Made by a program: the position numbers and the translations under genes. From Cyclobacteriaceae bacterium (GTDB lineage: Bacteria; Bacteroidota; Bacteroidia; Cytophagales; Cyclobacteriaceae): DNA of 64,000 nucleotides. The notes under the pieces were generated by a model that made no database searches, was not told where the DNA came from, and saw only the letters and a program-made list of their open reading frames with translations. Below, in pieces: positions 20,345 through 29,353 of this stretch (position 1 is the stretch's first letter; each line of letters opens with the position of its first letter). The stretch lies in assembly GCA_040905165.1 (NCBI GenBank), contig JBBDSA010000080.1, positions 1,566 through 65,565 on the forward strand. Reading direction: 5' to 3'.

Positions 20345-20352
20345 CAAAGATA
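20345..20352 (-). promoter_or_regulatory. -7 box on the minus strand upstream of the amidoligase gene
   Basis: Reverse complement reads TATCTTTG, a perfect TAnnTTTG. Confidence 0.55.
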
Positions 20353-20483
20353 GTTTTAAGTTATTCGTTAGCTGCCTTGACAGAAGCTAAGAAAGTATTT
20401 AAATTTCTTAAATAAATCACATTTTAATGAATAGCTATGGAGCTTGGTGTTTTTACCTACTGAGCTTTATGGAATCATTAGAC

Positions 20484-20559
20484 ATAAAAAAAGCGCCGAT
20501 AGCTATCGGCGCTTTTCAAAAAATTTGCAAGGAGTAAAAAAAAGTTGTGCTGTATTACT
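20484..20559 (-). ncRNA. Candidate ~75-nt small RNA
   Basis: Minus-strand TACTTTTG -7 box at 20571-20564, an ORF-less pyrimidine-rich body, then a GC hairpin and U7 tail. Confidence 0.45.
20486..20516 (-). terminator. Intrinsic terminator formed by a perfect 28-bp palindrome
   Basis: AAAAGCGCCGATAG|CTATCGGCGCTTTT at 20489-20516. The T run is 7 nt on the minus strand and 4 nt on the plus strand. Confidence 0.8.
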
Positions 20560-20700
20560 GGTTCAAAAGTAGCCCTAATTATTGGGGGCCAATTAAAATC
20601 CGGGTTATTATTTCTTTATTTAAAAGTCTTCTCTGTTAATGATTCATTAATATAAGGGAGCGGAGACTGGTTCATTGCCTGTCAATCCCTTTATTTTTTG

Positions 20701-20708
20701 TACTTTTG
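20701..20708 (+). promoter_or_regulatory. -7 box for rimO
   Basis: TACTTTTG, 17 nt before the in-frame TTG at 20726. Confidence 0.7.
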
Positions 20709-20725
20709 CATCAAATACCTACAAT

Positions 20726-22039
20726 TTGAAAACGAGAACATTAAAGAAGGATAAAGTCAATGTCATCACCATGGGCTGTTCCAAAAACCTGGTCGATTCT
20801 GAAGTTTTACTCAGTCAACTTAAAGGAAATGGAATTGATGCCCACCATGAGTCCAAAGGCAGGGACAACAATATTGTAATCATTAATACCTGTGGTTTTA
20901 TAGATAATGCCAAGCAGGAATCCATCAATACTATTTTGGAATATGCTGAAGCCAAAGACAGGGGGCTGGTAGATAAGGTATATGTTACAGGCTGTCTTTC
21001 CCAAAGGTATAAGGAAGAATTGGAAGCAGAAATTCCACAGGTTGACGCTTTTTTTGGAACCAGGGATTTGCCCGCCTTACTCAAAAAGTTTAAAGCGGAT
21101 TACAGGCAGGAGCTGGTGGGCGAAAGGTTACTCAGCCATGCCTCGCATTATGCCTATATGAAAATTTCAGAAGGATGTGACCGTCCTTGTTCTTTTTGCG
21201 CTATACCCCTGATGAGAGGAGGTCATGTGTCCAGACCTATTGAAGAACTGGTTAAAGATGCCCGGCATAAAGTGTCCTTGGGCACCAAAGAATTGTTGCT
21301 GATCGCCCAAGACTCCACCTATTATGGATTAGACCTGTATAAAAAGCGGAAATTGCCTGATTTGATACGGGCTTTATCTGATGTGGAGGGCGTGGATTGG
21401 ATAAGACTTCACTATGCTTATCCGACTGGATTTCCTATGGAAGTGATCGATGTGATGGCCGAGCGGTCCAATGTCTGTAATTACCTGGACATCCCTTTCC
21501 AGCATGGGTCCACGGAGGTACTTAAGACCATGCGTAGGGGGACCACCAGAGAAAAACAGGAAGCGCTGATTTCAGAAATAAGGGAGAAAATTCCTGGGAT
21601 CGCTATCAGAACTACGCTGATAGCAGGCCACCCGGGTGAGGGTGAAAAGGAATTTGAGGAAATGGTGGATTTTGTGAAACAGATGAGGTTTGAAAGGCTG
21701 GGAGTATTTACCTATTCACATGAAGAGGACACTCATGCCTTTCAAATGAAAGACGATGTACCTGCAGCAATCAAACAGGAAAGAGCCAATCATCTGATGG
21801 AGATTCAGGAACAGATTTCATTTGACCTCAATCAGGAAAAAATAGGTAAGACCTTTAAAGTGTTGATCGATAAAAAGGAAAATGGAAACTTTGTGGGCAG
21901 GACCGAATTTGATTCCGTGGAAGTTGACAATGAAGTATTGGTCAATGCCCAAAAATTCTATTGCAGGGTAGGGGACTTTGTGAATGTGAAAATCAGGGAG
22001 GCTACAGAATTTGACCTATATGGGGATGTGGTGAATTAA
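20726..22039 (+). CDS. rimO: Ribosomal protein S12 methylthiotransferase RimO
   Basis: MGCSKNLVDSE, NTCGFID, radical-SAM motif GCDRPCSFCAIP and a C-terminal TRAM domain. TTG start inferred from the promoter position. Confidence 0.94.
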   Translation: MKTRTLKKDKVNVITMGCSKNLVDSEVLLSQLKGNGIDAHHESKGRDNNIVIINTCGFIDNAKQESINTILEYAEAKDRGLVDKVYVTGCLSQRYKEELEAEIPQVDAFFGTRDLPALLKKFKADYRQELVGERLLSHASHYAYMKISEGCDRPCSFCAIPLMRGGHVSRPIEELVKDARHKVSLGTKELLLIAQDSTYYGLDLYKKRKLPDLIRALSDVEGVDWIRLHYAYPTGFPMEVIDVMAERSNVCNYLDIPFQHGSTEVLKTMRRGTTREKQEALISEIREKIPGIAIRTTLIAGHPGEGEKEFEEMVDFVKQMRFERLGVFTYSHEEDTHAFQMKDDVPAAIKQERANHLMEIQEQISFDLNQEKIGKTFKVLIDKKENGNFVGRTEFDSVEVDNEVLVNAQKFYCRVGDFVNVKIREATEFDLYGDVVN

Positions 22040-22128
22040 TTGCCTTTAAAAAATCTTAAATTTTCTCTGCTGTTTATGGTAGTGCTTTTTATTTTAGCAC
22101 TTCATTTTAAAAAACAATTCCATTTGAT

Positions 22129-23292
22129 ATGCAATTAATAGAAGTCACTACGGAAGCACACCGAAAAGAATTCCTTCAAATGGCGGTGAGGCTTTATAGC
22201 AATGAAAAAAACTGGATCCGGCCATTGGACAATGACATTGAAGGACTTTTTGATCCTTCGAGTAATAAGCTTTTTAAATCCGGTGCCAAAGCCATCCGTT
22301 GGCTCTTGCAAGATGACAATGGGCAAACCATTGGAAGAAATGCTGCTTTTATCAATCCAAAATGGAAAGAGAAACAACCTACTGGAGGAATGGGCTTTTT
22401 TGAATGCATTAATGATAGTAATGCCGCATTTAAACTGTTTGACGCAGCCAGGGATTGGCTGATGGAGCAGGGAATGGAAGCCATGGACGGCCCTGTCAAT
22501 TTGGGTGAGCGGGATAAGTGGTGGGGATTGTTAGTGGATGGCTTTTCCCCTCCGAATTATAATATGCATTGGAATTTTGGTTATTACCGGGAATTGTACG
22601 AAGCCTATGGCTTTCAGGTTTATTTTAAGCAGTACACTTATATGAGGGAGGTTCGGGGCGTCCACATCGAAGAAAAAATGGAAGAAAGGGCCAAACAAAT
22701 TCTTGCCGACCCTGACTTTCATTTCAGATACCTGAAGGGAAAAGAACTCTGGGAGCGATTTCCGGAATATTTTATGAAAGTTTACAATCAGGCCTGGACA
22801 CGAATGATGGGGAAAACCATATCTGAAAGGGAAGCCAAGTTGATACTTGCAAAAATGAAACCGGTCATTGATCCGCATCTGGTATATTTTGGATTTCATA
22901 AAAATGAGCCTGTTTCTTTTTTCATCAGTATCCCCGAAATCAATCAGATTTTTAAATATGTTGACGGCAAGCTTGACTTTCTGGGCAAACTCAAATTTTT
23001 ATGGTATAAAACCCTGAATCCTCCGGACAAAATGTTGGGATTGGTATTTGGTGTAATTCCGAAATTTCAGGGAAAAGGAGTGGAAAGTGCGATGGCCATT
23101 TCTTACAGAGATACCATTGCTGAAAAAAAACTGGCCTATAAGACCTTTGAGTTGAACTGGATAGGTGATTTTAACCCTAAAATGATGAGGGTTTGTGAAC
23201 AGATCAATGCCAAAATTTACAAAACCCATCATACTTATCGGTACCTTTTTGATAGGGAAAAACCTTTTGAGCGGCATACCATACTATCATAA
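22129..23292 (+). CDS. Tandem-GNAT-fold putative N-acyltransferase (YghO-like conserved hypothetical)
   Basis: GGMGFFECIND, WGLLVDGF..P and acyl-CoA motif GVIPKFQGKGV. Confidence 0.7.
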   Translation: MQLIEVTTEAHRKEFLQMAVRLYSNEKNWIRPLDNDIEGLFDPSSNKLFKSGAKAIRWLLQDDNGQTIGRNAAFINPKWKEKQPTGGMGFFECINDSNAAFKLFDAARDWLMEQGMEAMDGPVNLGERDKWWGLLVDGFSPPNYNMHWNFGYYRELYEAYGFQVYFKQYTYMREVRGVHIEEKMEERAKQILADPDFHFRYLKGKELWERFPEYFMKVYNQAWTRMMGKTISEREAKLILAKMKPVIDPHLVYFGFHKNEPVSFFISIPEINQIFKYVDGKLDFLGKLKFLWYKTLNPPDKMLGLVFGVIPKFQGKGVESAMAISYRDTIAEKKLAYKTFELNWIGDFNPKMMRVCEQINAKIYKTHHTYRYLFDREKPFERHTILS

Positions 23293-23385
23293 ATAGTAAA
23301 CCCTATGATCAAATTTTTGATGGCAATATCAGGGCCTGCCATTCTGAATTTAAACCCCTTATCCTGGTGGATATCCATTTTGACA

Positions 23386-23847
23386 ATGAGTAACATTACG
23401 TCAAATACTAAAATTTCTTTGATGGCCCTGTCGGGGGCCTCTCTGGAAGAAGGAATAAAGGATCTGCAAAATCAACTGACGGAATTGCAGCAAGCTTCCG
23501 AGGGAGAGGGAAAAAGCTCCGCCGGAGACAAATATGAAACGGGCAGGGAAATCATCAATCAAAGCAGGGAGGTGTTGAAGAAGCAGCTGGTAGGTCTGGA
23601 GATAATGAAATACCAACTGAAAACCATACCCATCAAACCTTCCATAATGGTGGAGGAAGGAGCCATCCTCCAATTGGAAATGGGTTACATATGGGTAGCG
23701 GTGTCATTGGGTAAAGTGGAACTTGAAAGTACTGCCATTCAGGTGGTATCCAAAGACTCCCCTTTGTTGGCCGCTTTGTGGGGTTTGAAAAAGGGAGAAA
23801 CCGGTGTTTTCAGGGGAAAAAATTATCAAGTTTTGGAAATTTTTTAA
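23386..23847 (+). CDS. GreA/GreB-like protein (Bacteroidota KSSAGDK family)
   Basis: Coiled coil with tip KSSAGDKYETGRE. The C-terminal VSKDSPLLAALWGLKKGE resembles the Gre C-domain. Confidence 0.7.
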   Translation: MSNITSNTKISLMALSGASLEEGIKDLQNQLTELQQASEGEGKSSAGDKYETGREIINQSREVLKKQLVGLEIMKYQLKTIPIKPSIMVEEGAILQLEMGYIWVAVSLGKVELESTAIQVVSKDSPLLAALWGLKKGETGVFRGKNYQVLEIF

Positions 23848-24097
23848 ATTTTTAAAATACAGTCCTGTTTACCTTTCAATTAAGAAGGAAGCAATCTTTC
23901 CCATTACCCAAAGTCTACTAAAAATTTTAGAAAAATAGTCTGCTTGTCAGGATATTATTTTTTTTAGAAATTCTTATGTAGCGTTTTTTAGAGTTACCCG
24001 TATGTTCATCAAATGAGCGCTCTATTGTTTAATTTTTTTATCGAACCAAAAGTTGCTTTTTGGTTGTTTAAATTATTGTCAACCGTATAGTTTAGCC

Positions 24098-24532
24098 ATG
24101 TCCTCTACCTATTCTTATCCCCGTCCTGCGCTTACGGCAGATGCCGTGGTCATTTGCAAAACCGATAAAACCGTACTCTTAATTCAAAGGAAAAAAGAGC
24201 CATTTATAGATCAATGGGCGCTTCCTGGCGGATTTGTCGGGCCTTATGAAGAGCCCTTTAAAGCTTGTTTAAGGGAGTTGACGGAAGAAACCCAGCTGGA
24301 CTTAAAAGAAACAAATGAAAACCTGATAGGGGTGTTTGGAAAAAAGGGCAGGGATCCAAGGGGATGGATCATTAGTGTGGCCTATTTTTTTATGGTGGAG
24401 CAAAGCGAAAAATCATTGGTCCAGGCAGGATCGGATAGTAAAAATGTCAAATGGATCCCCTTGGATCAGGTTCAGGATCTGGCTTTTGATCACGAGGTGA
24501 TTATCCCTTTGGCTGTCCGAACCTTTTTTTAG
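24098..24532 (+). CDS. NUDIX hydrolase (ADP-ribose pyrophosphatase/NrtR N-domain-like)
   Basis: YPRPALTADAVV, Nudix box WALPGGFV...RELTEETQL, RDPRG and LAFDH. Confidence 0.9.
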   Translation: MSSTYSYPRPALTADAVVICKTDKTVLLIQRKKEPFIDQWALPGGFVGPYEEPFKACLRELTEETQLDLKETNENLIGVFGKKGRDPRGWIISVAYFFMVEQSEKSLVQAGSDSKNVKWIPLDQVQDLAFDHEVIIPLAVRTFF

Positions 24533-24611
24533 GTATAGGGGTGAGGTGTCTTCTGACGTATAAAGGAGGGTGGGATACAGAGAATAGCGGAAAAAATGTT
24601 TAAATGGCAAT

Positions 24612-24640
24612 AAAAAAACCTGACCCAAATGGGCCAGGTT
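24612..24640 (-). terminator. Terminator after tsf
   Basis: Minus strand AACCTGGCCCA-TT-TGGGTCAGGTTTTTTT. Confidence 0.85.
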
Positions 24641-24664
24641 CTATCCTTAATGATATTGGCTTAA

Positions 24665-25495
24665 TTAACCGATTGAAATTCTTTTGAAATCAGCAACGGT
24701 CAGGCCTTTGCTCACACCATCTAAATACTGAGCGATGGTTTTGCTGCTGTCTTTTACAAATGCCTGGCTGAGCAGTGTATTGTCTTTATAAAATTTATTC
24801 AATTTGCCCATAGCAATTTTTTCCAGCATGGCTTCTGGTTTTCCTTCTTGCCTGGCCTGGTCTTTACCCACTTCAATTTCTCTCTCCACGGTAGTGGCAT
24901 CCACCCCGTCTTTGTCCACAGCAACAGGGTTCATAGCGGCAATTTGCATGGCTACATCTTTTCCTGCTTCATCCACATCAGCTCCTGAAGTGTTTTTCAG
25001 GGCGACCAATACCCCCAATTTTCCATTGGAATGGATATAGGATACCACGGCTTCTCCGTTTACTTTTTCAAAATGGGATACATTAATTTTTTCTCCGATT
25101 TTTCCGGTCATTTCCGTGATCTTTTCTCCAATGGTGATGCCTTCATAAGGCAAAGAAAGAACAGCATCTTTGGAAGCAGCATTATTTTGAACTGCGGTAT
25201 CCAGTATGGCATTGGCAAATGAAGAAAACTCTTCATTTTTGGCCACAAAGTCTGTTTCACAGGTAAGGGAAAGCAATATTCCGTTTTTTCCATCAGCACT
25301 TACGTGGGTAGCCACTACACCTTCTTTGGTTTCCCTGTCCGCCCTGGAAGCCGACACTTTTTGTCCTCTTTTTCTTAGGATGTCAATAGCTTTTTCAAAA
25401 TCTCCTTCAGCTTCGGTAAGGGCTTTTTTACAGTCCATCATTCCGGCGCCGGTCATTTGTCTCAATTTGTTTACCTCTTGTGCAGTAATAGCCAT
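24665..25495 (-). CDS. tsf: Elongation factor Ts
   Basis: LRQMTGAGMMDCKKAL, CETDFVAKN and DVAMQIAAMNP. Confidence 0.98.
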   Translation of the reverse strand: MAITAQEVNKLRQMTGAGMMDCKKALTEAEGDFEKAIDILRKRGQKVSASRADRETKEGVVATHVSADGKNGILLSLTCETDFVAKNEEFSSFANAILDTAVQNNAASKDAVLSLPYEGITIGEKITEMTGKIGEKINVSHFEKVNGEAVVSYIHSNGKLGVLVALKNTSGADVDEAGKDVAMQIAAMNPVAVDKDGVDATTVEREIEVGKDQARQEGKPEAMLEKIAMGKLNKFYKDNTLLSQAFVKDSSKTIAQYLDGVSKGLTVADFKRISIG

Positions 25496-25550
25496 CGGTT
25501 TGTATTTTTATTTAAATGATAGGATTAAATAAGGAAAAGACAGTAAAAAC

Positions 25551-25589
25551 AAAAAATTGAACACGATGCGATTGGCCGTGTTCAATTTT
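25551..25589 (-). terminator. Terminator-like hairpin between rpsB and tsf
   Basis: 13-bp stem AAAATTGAACACG / CGTGTTCAATTTT. On the minus strand it ends in T6-G-T5. Confidence 0.7.
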
Positions 25590-25613
25590 CATCATTTAAT
25601 ATGTCAATGTAGA

Positions 25614-26381
25614 TTATTCTTTTGTTTCTGGTTCAGCGTCTACTGCTTTTTTGGCTTCCTCCTCTTCAGAAAGTTTGGCTTCGTCTTTATCTTTTTTGCG
25701 TTCTGACAAGCCTTCCTCAATAGCAGCTCCAAAGGCCTTCACCAATAGGGAAATGGATTTAAAAGCATCATCATTGGCAGGGATCGGAAAATCCACATCA
25801 TTGGGATTGGAATTGGTATCCACCAAGGCAAATACTGGAATTCCCAATTTCTTGGCTTCGGCAAGTGCGATGTGTTCTCTTTTTATGTCTACGATGAAAA
25901 GAGCAGCAGGAAGCCTGGTAAGATCTGCAATACCGCCCAGTACATTTTCCAACTTATCCCGTTGTCTGCTGATCATCAATCGCTCCTTTTTGGCAAGGTT
26001 ACTGTAAGTTTCATCTTTGGCCAATTTGTCGATGGTCGACATTTTTTTCAATGATTTGCGGATGGTGGCAAAATTGGTCATCATTCCACCCAGCCATCTT
26101 TCCGTAACGAAGGGCATTTTAAGTCTTCTCGCTTCTTCGGCTACCAAATCTTTGGCTTGTTTTTTTGTCGCTACAAACATTATTTTTTTGCCTGAGCGTA
26201 CGATCTGCTTGATTGCGTTAGATGCTTCTTCAAGGCAAACGAGCGTTTTGTTGAGGTCTATGATATGTATGCCATTCTTCTCCATGAAGATATACGGCGA
26301 CATTCTAGGATCCCACTTTCTTGTTAAGTGTCCGAAATGAACACCAGCATCCAGTAAGTCTTTATATTCTATATTGGCCAT
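25614..26381 (-). CDS. rpsB: 30S ribosomal protein S2
   Basis: [27 protein letters not shown] and IPANDDA. Confidence 0.98.
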   Translation of the reverse strand: MANIEYKDLLDAGVHFGHLTRKWDPRMSPYIFMEKNGIHIIDLNKTLVCLEEASNAIKQIVRSGKKIMFVATKKQAKDLVAEEARRLKMPFVTERWLGGMMTNFATIRKSLKKMSTIDKLAKDETYSNLAKKERLMISRQRDKLENVLGGIADLTRLPAALFIVDIKREHIALAEAKKLGIPVFALVDTNSNPNDVDFPIPANDDAFKSISLLVKAFGAAIEEGLSERKKDKDEAKLSEEEEAKKAVDAEPETKE

Positions 26382-26425
26382 TTATTAAATATTTTATTAT
26401 ATTCCTTAGGAAAGAAAATCCAAAA

Positions 26426-26812
26426 TTATCGTTTGGAGAACTGGAATTTTCTTCTGGCTTTTCTTCGTCCAGGTTTTTTCCGTTCCACCATTCGAGAATC
26501 ACGGGTTAAAAACCCTTCTTTTTTCAAGGGTCCTCTGTGCTCCTCATTGATTTCACACAAAGCCCTTGATATCGCCATTCTTATTGCTTCAGCCTGACCA
26601 CTGATCCCCCCACCGTCTACATTGATGTTGACATCATAGGCCCCGTCTACATTGACAAGTACAAAGGGTTGTTTCACCACGATCTGGTGAAGTTCAAATG
26701 GGAAATAGGCATCAAGGGCCCTTTTGTTTACCGTGATGTTGCCCTCTCCTGATTGAAGGTAAATCCTTGCGACAGAGGTCTTTCTTCTTCCAATTGTGTT
26801 AATTACTTCCAT
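26426..26812 (-). CDS. rpsI: 30S ribosomal protein S9
   Basis: GRRKTSVAR, GGGISGQAEAIR and LTRDSRMVERKKPG...FQFSKR. Confidence 0.98.
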   Translation of the reverse strand: MEVINTIGRRKTSVARIYLQSGEGNITVNKRALDAYFPFELHQIVVKQPFVLVNVDGAYDVNINVDGGGISGQAEAIRMAISRALCEINEEHRGPLKKEGFLTRDSRMVERKKPGRRKARRKFQFSKR

Positions 26813-26824
26813 TGACGGGTAGCA

Positions 26825-27268
26825 TTATAGTTTTACTTCTTTAGGTTTCTGTGCACTGTGGGGATGTTCGGGGCCTGCGTAAACATACAGATTGGTGTAA
26901 ATTTTCCTTCCCAGTCTGCTTTTGGGCAACATGCCTTTGACAGCTTTTTCAACCAGGGTCCTGGGGGATTTTTCCATTAGGATCTTAGGTGTGGCTATGC
27001 GCTGACCTCCTGGATATCCAGTATGTCTTACATAAACTTTCTCGGTCCACTTTCTTCCTGTCAATCTGATTTTTTCCGCATTGATGACGATCACATTGTC
27101 ACCACAATCCACATGGGGAGTAAAGTAAGGTTTGGTCTTACCTCTTAAAATTTTAGCCACCTCACTTGCAAACCTGCCCAATACTTTAGACTGGGCATCC
27201 ACGACCACCCACTCCTTTTCTACGGTTGCATCATTTGCCGATATGGTCTTATAGCTCAAAGTATTCAC
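26825..27268 (-). CDS. rplM: 50S ribosomal protein L13 (GTG start)
   Basis: LGRFASEVAKILRGK, FTPHVDCGDNVIVINA, RHTGYPGG and KGMLPK. Confidence 0.98.
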   Translation of the reverse strand: MNTLSYKTISANDATVEKEWVVVDAQSKVLGRFASEVAKILRGKTKPYFTPHVDCGDNVIVINAEKIRLTGRKWTEKVYVRHTGYPGGQRIATPKILMEKSPRTLVEKAVKGMLPKSRLGRKIYTNLYVYAGPEHPHSAQKPKEVKL

Positions 27269-27324
27269 TGTGTAAATGTTTAATTATTAGCTTGTTAAAT
27301 ACATTTCACCCTCAAAAAGGGACA

Positions 27325-27332
27325 CAAAGATA
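27325..27332 (-). promoter_or_regulatory. -7 box for rplM-rpsI-rpsB-tsf
   Basis: Reverse complement reads TATCTTTG. Confidence 0.75.
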
Positions 27333-27423
27333 GAAGTAAATTCAATCAATTGCAAAATAATTGAAACTTTATGGGCTTATTTTCACGGGAATACCCATTT
27401 TATGTTTGCCATCTCTTAAAGGT

Positions 27424-28146
27424 TCACCCAATGCTTTTAATTGTTTTTTCCAATTGTCTGATTAATACCTCAAAATCCTTTGGATAGGGGGCTATTACCG
27501 ATATAAGTTCCCCTTTCATCCCTAAAAACCCTATGGAATAGGCATGGAGTGAAACCCGCTGCATGATAGGTTGTTCTTCTGTGTCTTTTTTCAGGTTGAA
27601 TTTTTTCTTAAGACTTGAAAGAAACAGGGGCTTCCCCCCGTACAATTCATCGCCACAAATGGGGGCACCTAAATAGGCCAGATGGACCCTGATCTGATGC
27701 AGACGGCCTGTAATGGGTTTACAGGCAATTAAGGTATGGGAACGGTAGGTCTTTAAGGTTTTGAATACGGTCTGGGAAGGTTTCCCCCCTACCGCAATCC
27801 TTGCAATCCCATTATTGCTTGCTGTCAGGTTTCGGTCTACCAATATCCCATCAAAATCATGAATGCCTTCCGCCACGGCATGATATACTTTTTCTACCTC
27901 TCTGTTCTCAAATTGTATGGCAATATTCCGGTAAGCGCCGGTATTTTTGGCAATGACCAGACATCCGGATGTTTCTTTGTCCAACCGGTGGCATACCTGC
28001 GCATCCGGATCATACTCCCTTGCAAGGTGAAGTATATTTTGAGCTTCATGTCTGTCTTCCAAAGTGGAGATATAGGGAGGTTTATTAACTACCAAGTAAT
28101 CTTCATTCTGGAATATAATAAGATCCTTAAAATCAATTTTCTTCAT
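27424..28146 (-). CDS. RluA-family RNA pseudouridine synthase
   Basis: VVNKP, HRLDKETSG (catalytic Asp), TGRLHQIRVH, PICGDELYG and LHA. Own -7 box TAAATTTG at 28179-28172. Confidence 0.93.
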   Translation of the reverse strand: MKKIDFKDLIIFQNEDYLVVNKPPYISTLEDRHEAQNILHLAREYDPDAQVCHRLDKETSGCLVIAKNTGAYRNIAIQFENREVEKVYHAVAEGIHDFDGILVDRNLTASNNGIARIAVGGKPSQTVFKTLKTYRSHTLIACKPITGRLHQIRVHLAYLGAPICGDELYGGKPLFLSSLKKKFNLKKDTEEQPIMQRVSLHAYSIGFLGMKGELISVIAPYPKDFEVLIRQLEKTIKSIG

Positions 28147-28297
28147 GCGTTCTCCCCTTACTTTTGGCCTGCAAATTTACGCAATATTAATTACAGCATA
28201 AATTTTATTTTAAGATAGTGTGGGAAGTAGACGTTTTAACCAGTCGAGGTTGTTGGTGAATAAATGGCTTTAGAATCTGACAGATTGGGATTCCCTC

Positions 28298-29350
28298 TCA
28301 ATGAATTTGGATTTCCTTGCTTTTAGGCAATTCAAAACCAAAAATGGAACCCTTTCCCAAAGTGGAACTTACCGTGATTTTGCTTTTATGGCCTTCCAAA
28401 ATATGTTTGACAATGGCCAGGCCAAGTCCTGTCCCCCCCTTTTCCCGGGACCGGCTTTTTTCGACCCTATAAAATCGTTCAAAAATTCTTTTTAAATCTT
28501 CAGGAGAGATGCCCAAACCCTGATCCGTTACCATAACGGTGAAGTGGTTTTTATGGGAATTTATTTTGATCTCTACCTCACCACCTTCCTTATTGTATAT
28601 AATGGCGTTGGAAACCAGGTTTTGTATGACCCTGTAGATTTTATCTTTATCTGCCAATGTATAAAAATGGTCATTCTTCCCGTAATTGAATTTGATTTTT
28701 ATCCCTCTTTTTTGGGCTTTGCCCTCCAATTGTTCCATCACTTCCAAGATAGGTTCTTTTAGGTCAAAAGTGGTCTTGTTAAAACGGATTACCCCACTTT
28801 CCATCTGATTCAGGATGATAAGGTCCTGTACAAGATTTTCCAGGTTGTTCATGCTTTTTGCCGCCCTTTTCAGGAACTTGTCCCTCACATTATGGTCTTC
28901 AACGGCACCATCCAACAAGGTATGAATATAACCCTGGGCAGCAAATATGGGTGTCTTGAGTTCATGGGAAATATCGGCAATAAATTCCCGCCTAAAGGTC
29001 TCATTCTTTTGCAATGCCTCTATTTCTCTGTTTTTGGTTGCGGCATAGGTATTGATTGTGTTTTGTATTTTTCTCAGTGGAGAGATAGAGGCTTTGGCCA
29101 TTTTAGGAGCCGAAAATGTAGGGTCTTTTTTTTGTATCCTTTCAAGAACCGAATAAATGTTACTAATTTCCCGGAAAACCAAAAACTCCAGTGTTAAATT
29201 AATGAGCAGGTAAGAAATAGCAAAAGTCAGGGTACCTGATACAATCAAAATCAAGGGAGAAGATTCCTCCATCAAAGATAAGAAAGCCACCAGCAAAAGG
29301 CTGATGCCCAATCCCAGTAGAAACGCAATACCCCTGGAGGTAGTAAACAT
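28298..29350 (-). CDS. Sensor histidine kinase, PhoR-like
   Basis: Two N-terminal TMs. H-box DISHELKTPI, N-box NLVSNAI, DQGLGI, IFERFYRV and GGTGLGLAIVKH. Confidence 0.92.
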   Translation of the reverse strand: MFTTSRGIAFLLGLGISLLLVAFLSLMEESSPLILIVSGTLTFAISYLLINLTLEFLVFREISNIYSVLERIQKKDPTFSAPKMAKASISPLRKIQNTINTYAATKNREIEALQKNETFRREFIADISHELKTPIFAAQGYIHTLLDGAVEDHNVRDKFLKRAAKSMNNLENLVQDLIILNQMESGVIRFNKTTFDLKEPILEVMEQLEGKAQKRGIKIKFNYGKNDHFYTLADKDKIYRVIQNLVSNAIIYNKEGGEVEIKINSHKNHFTVMVTDQGLGISPEDLKRIFERFYRVEKSRSREKGGTGLGLAIVKHILEGHKSKITVSSTLGKGSIFGFELPKSKEIQIH

Positions 29351-29353
29351 AAG

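Noticed and set aside
20233-20415. 60-aa + strand ORF
   Set aside because: No recognisable features, and it overlaps minus-strand promoter boxes. Likely spurious.
18487-20480. Lasso peptide gene cluster
   Set aside because: No B1/B2 protein, no ABC exporter and no precursor with lasso leader/core features nearby.
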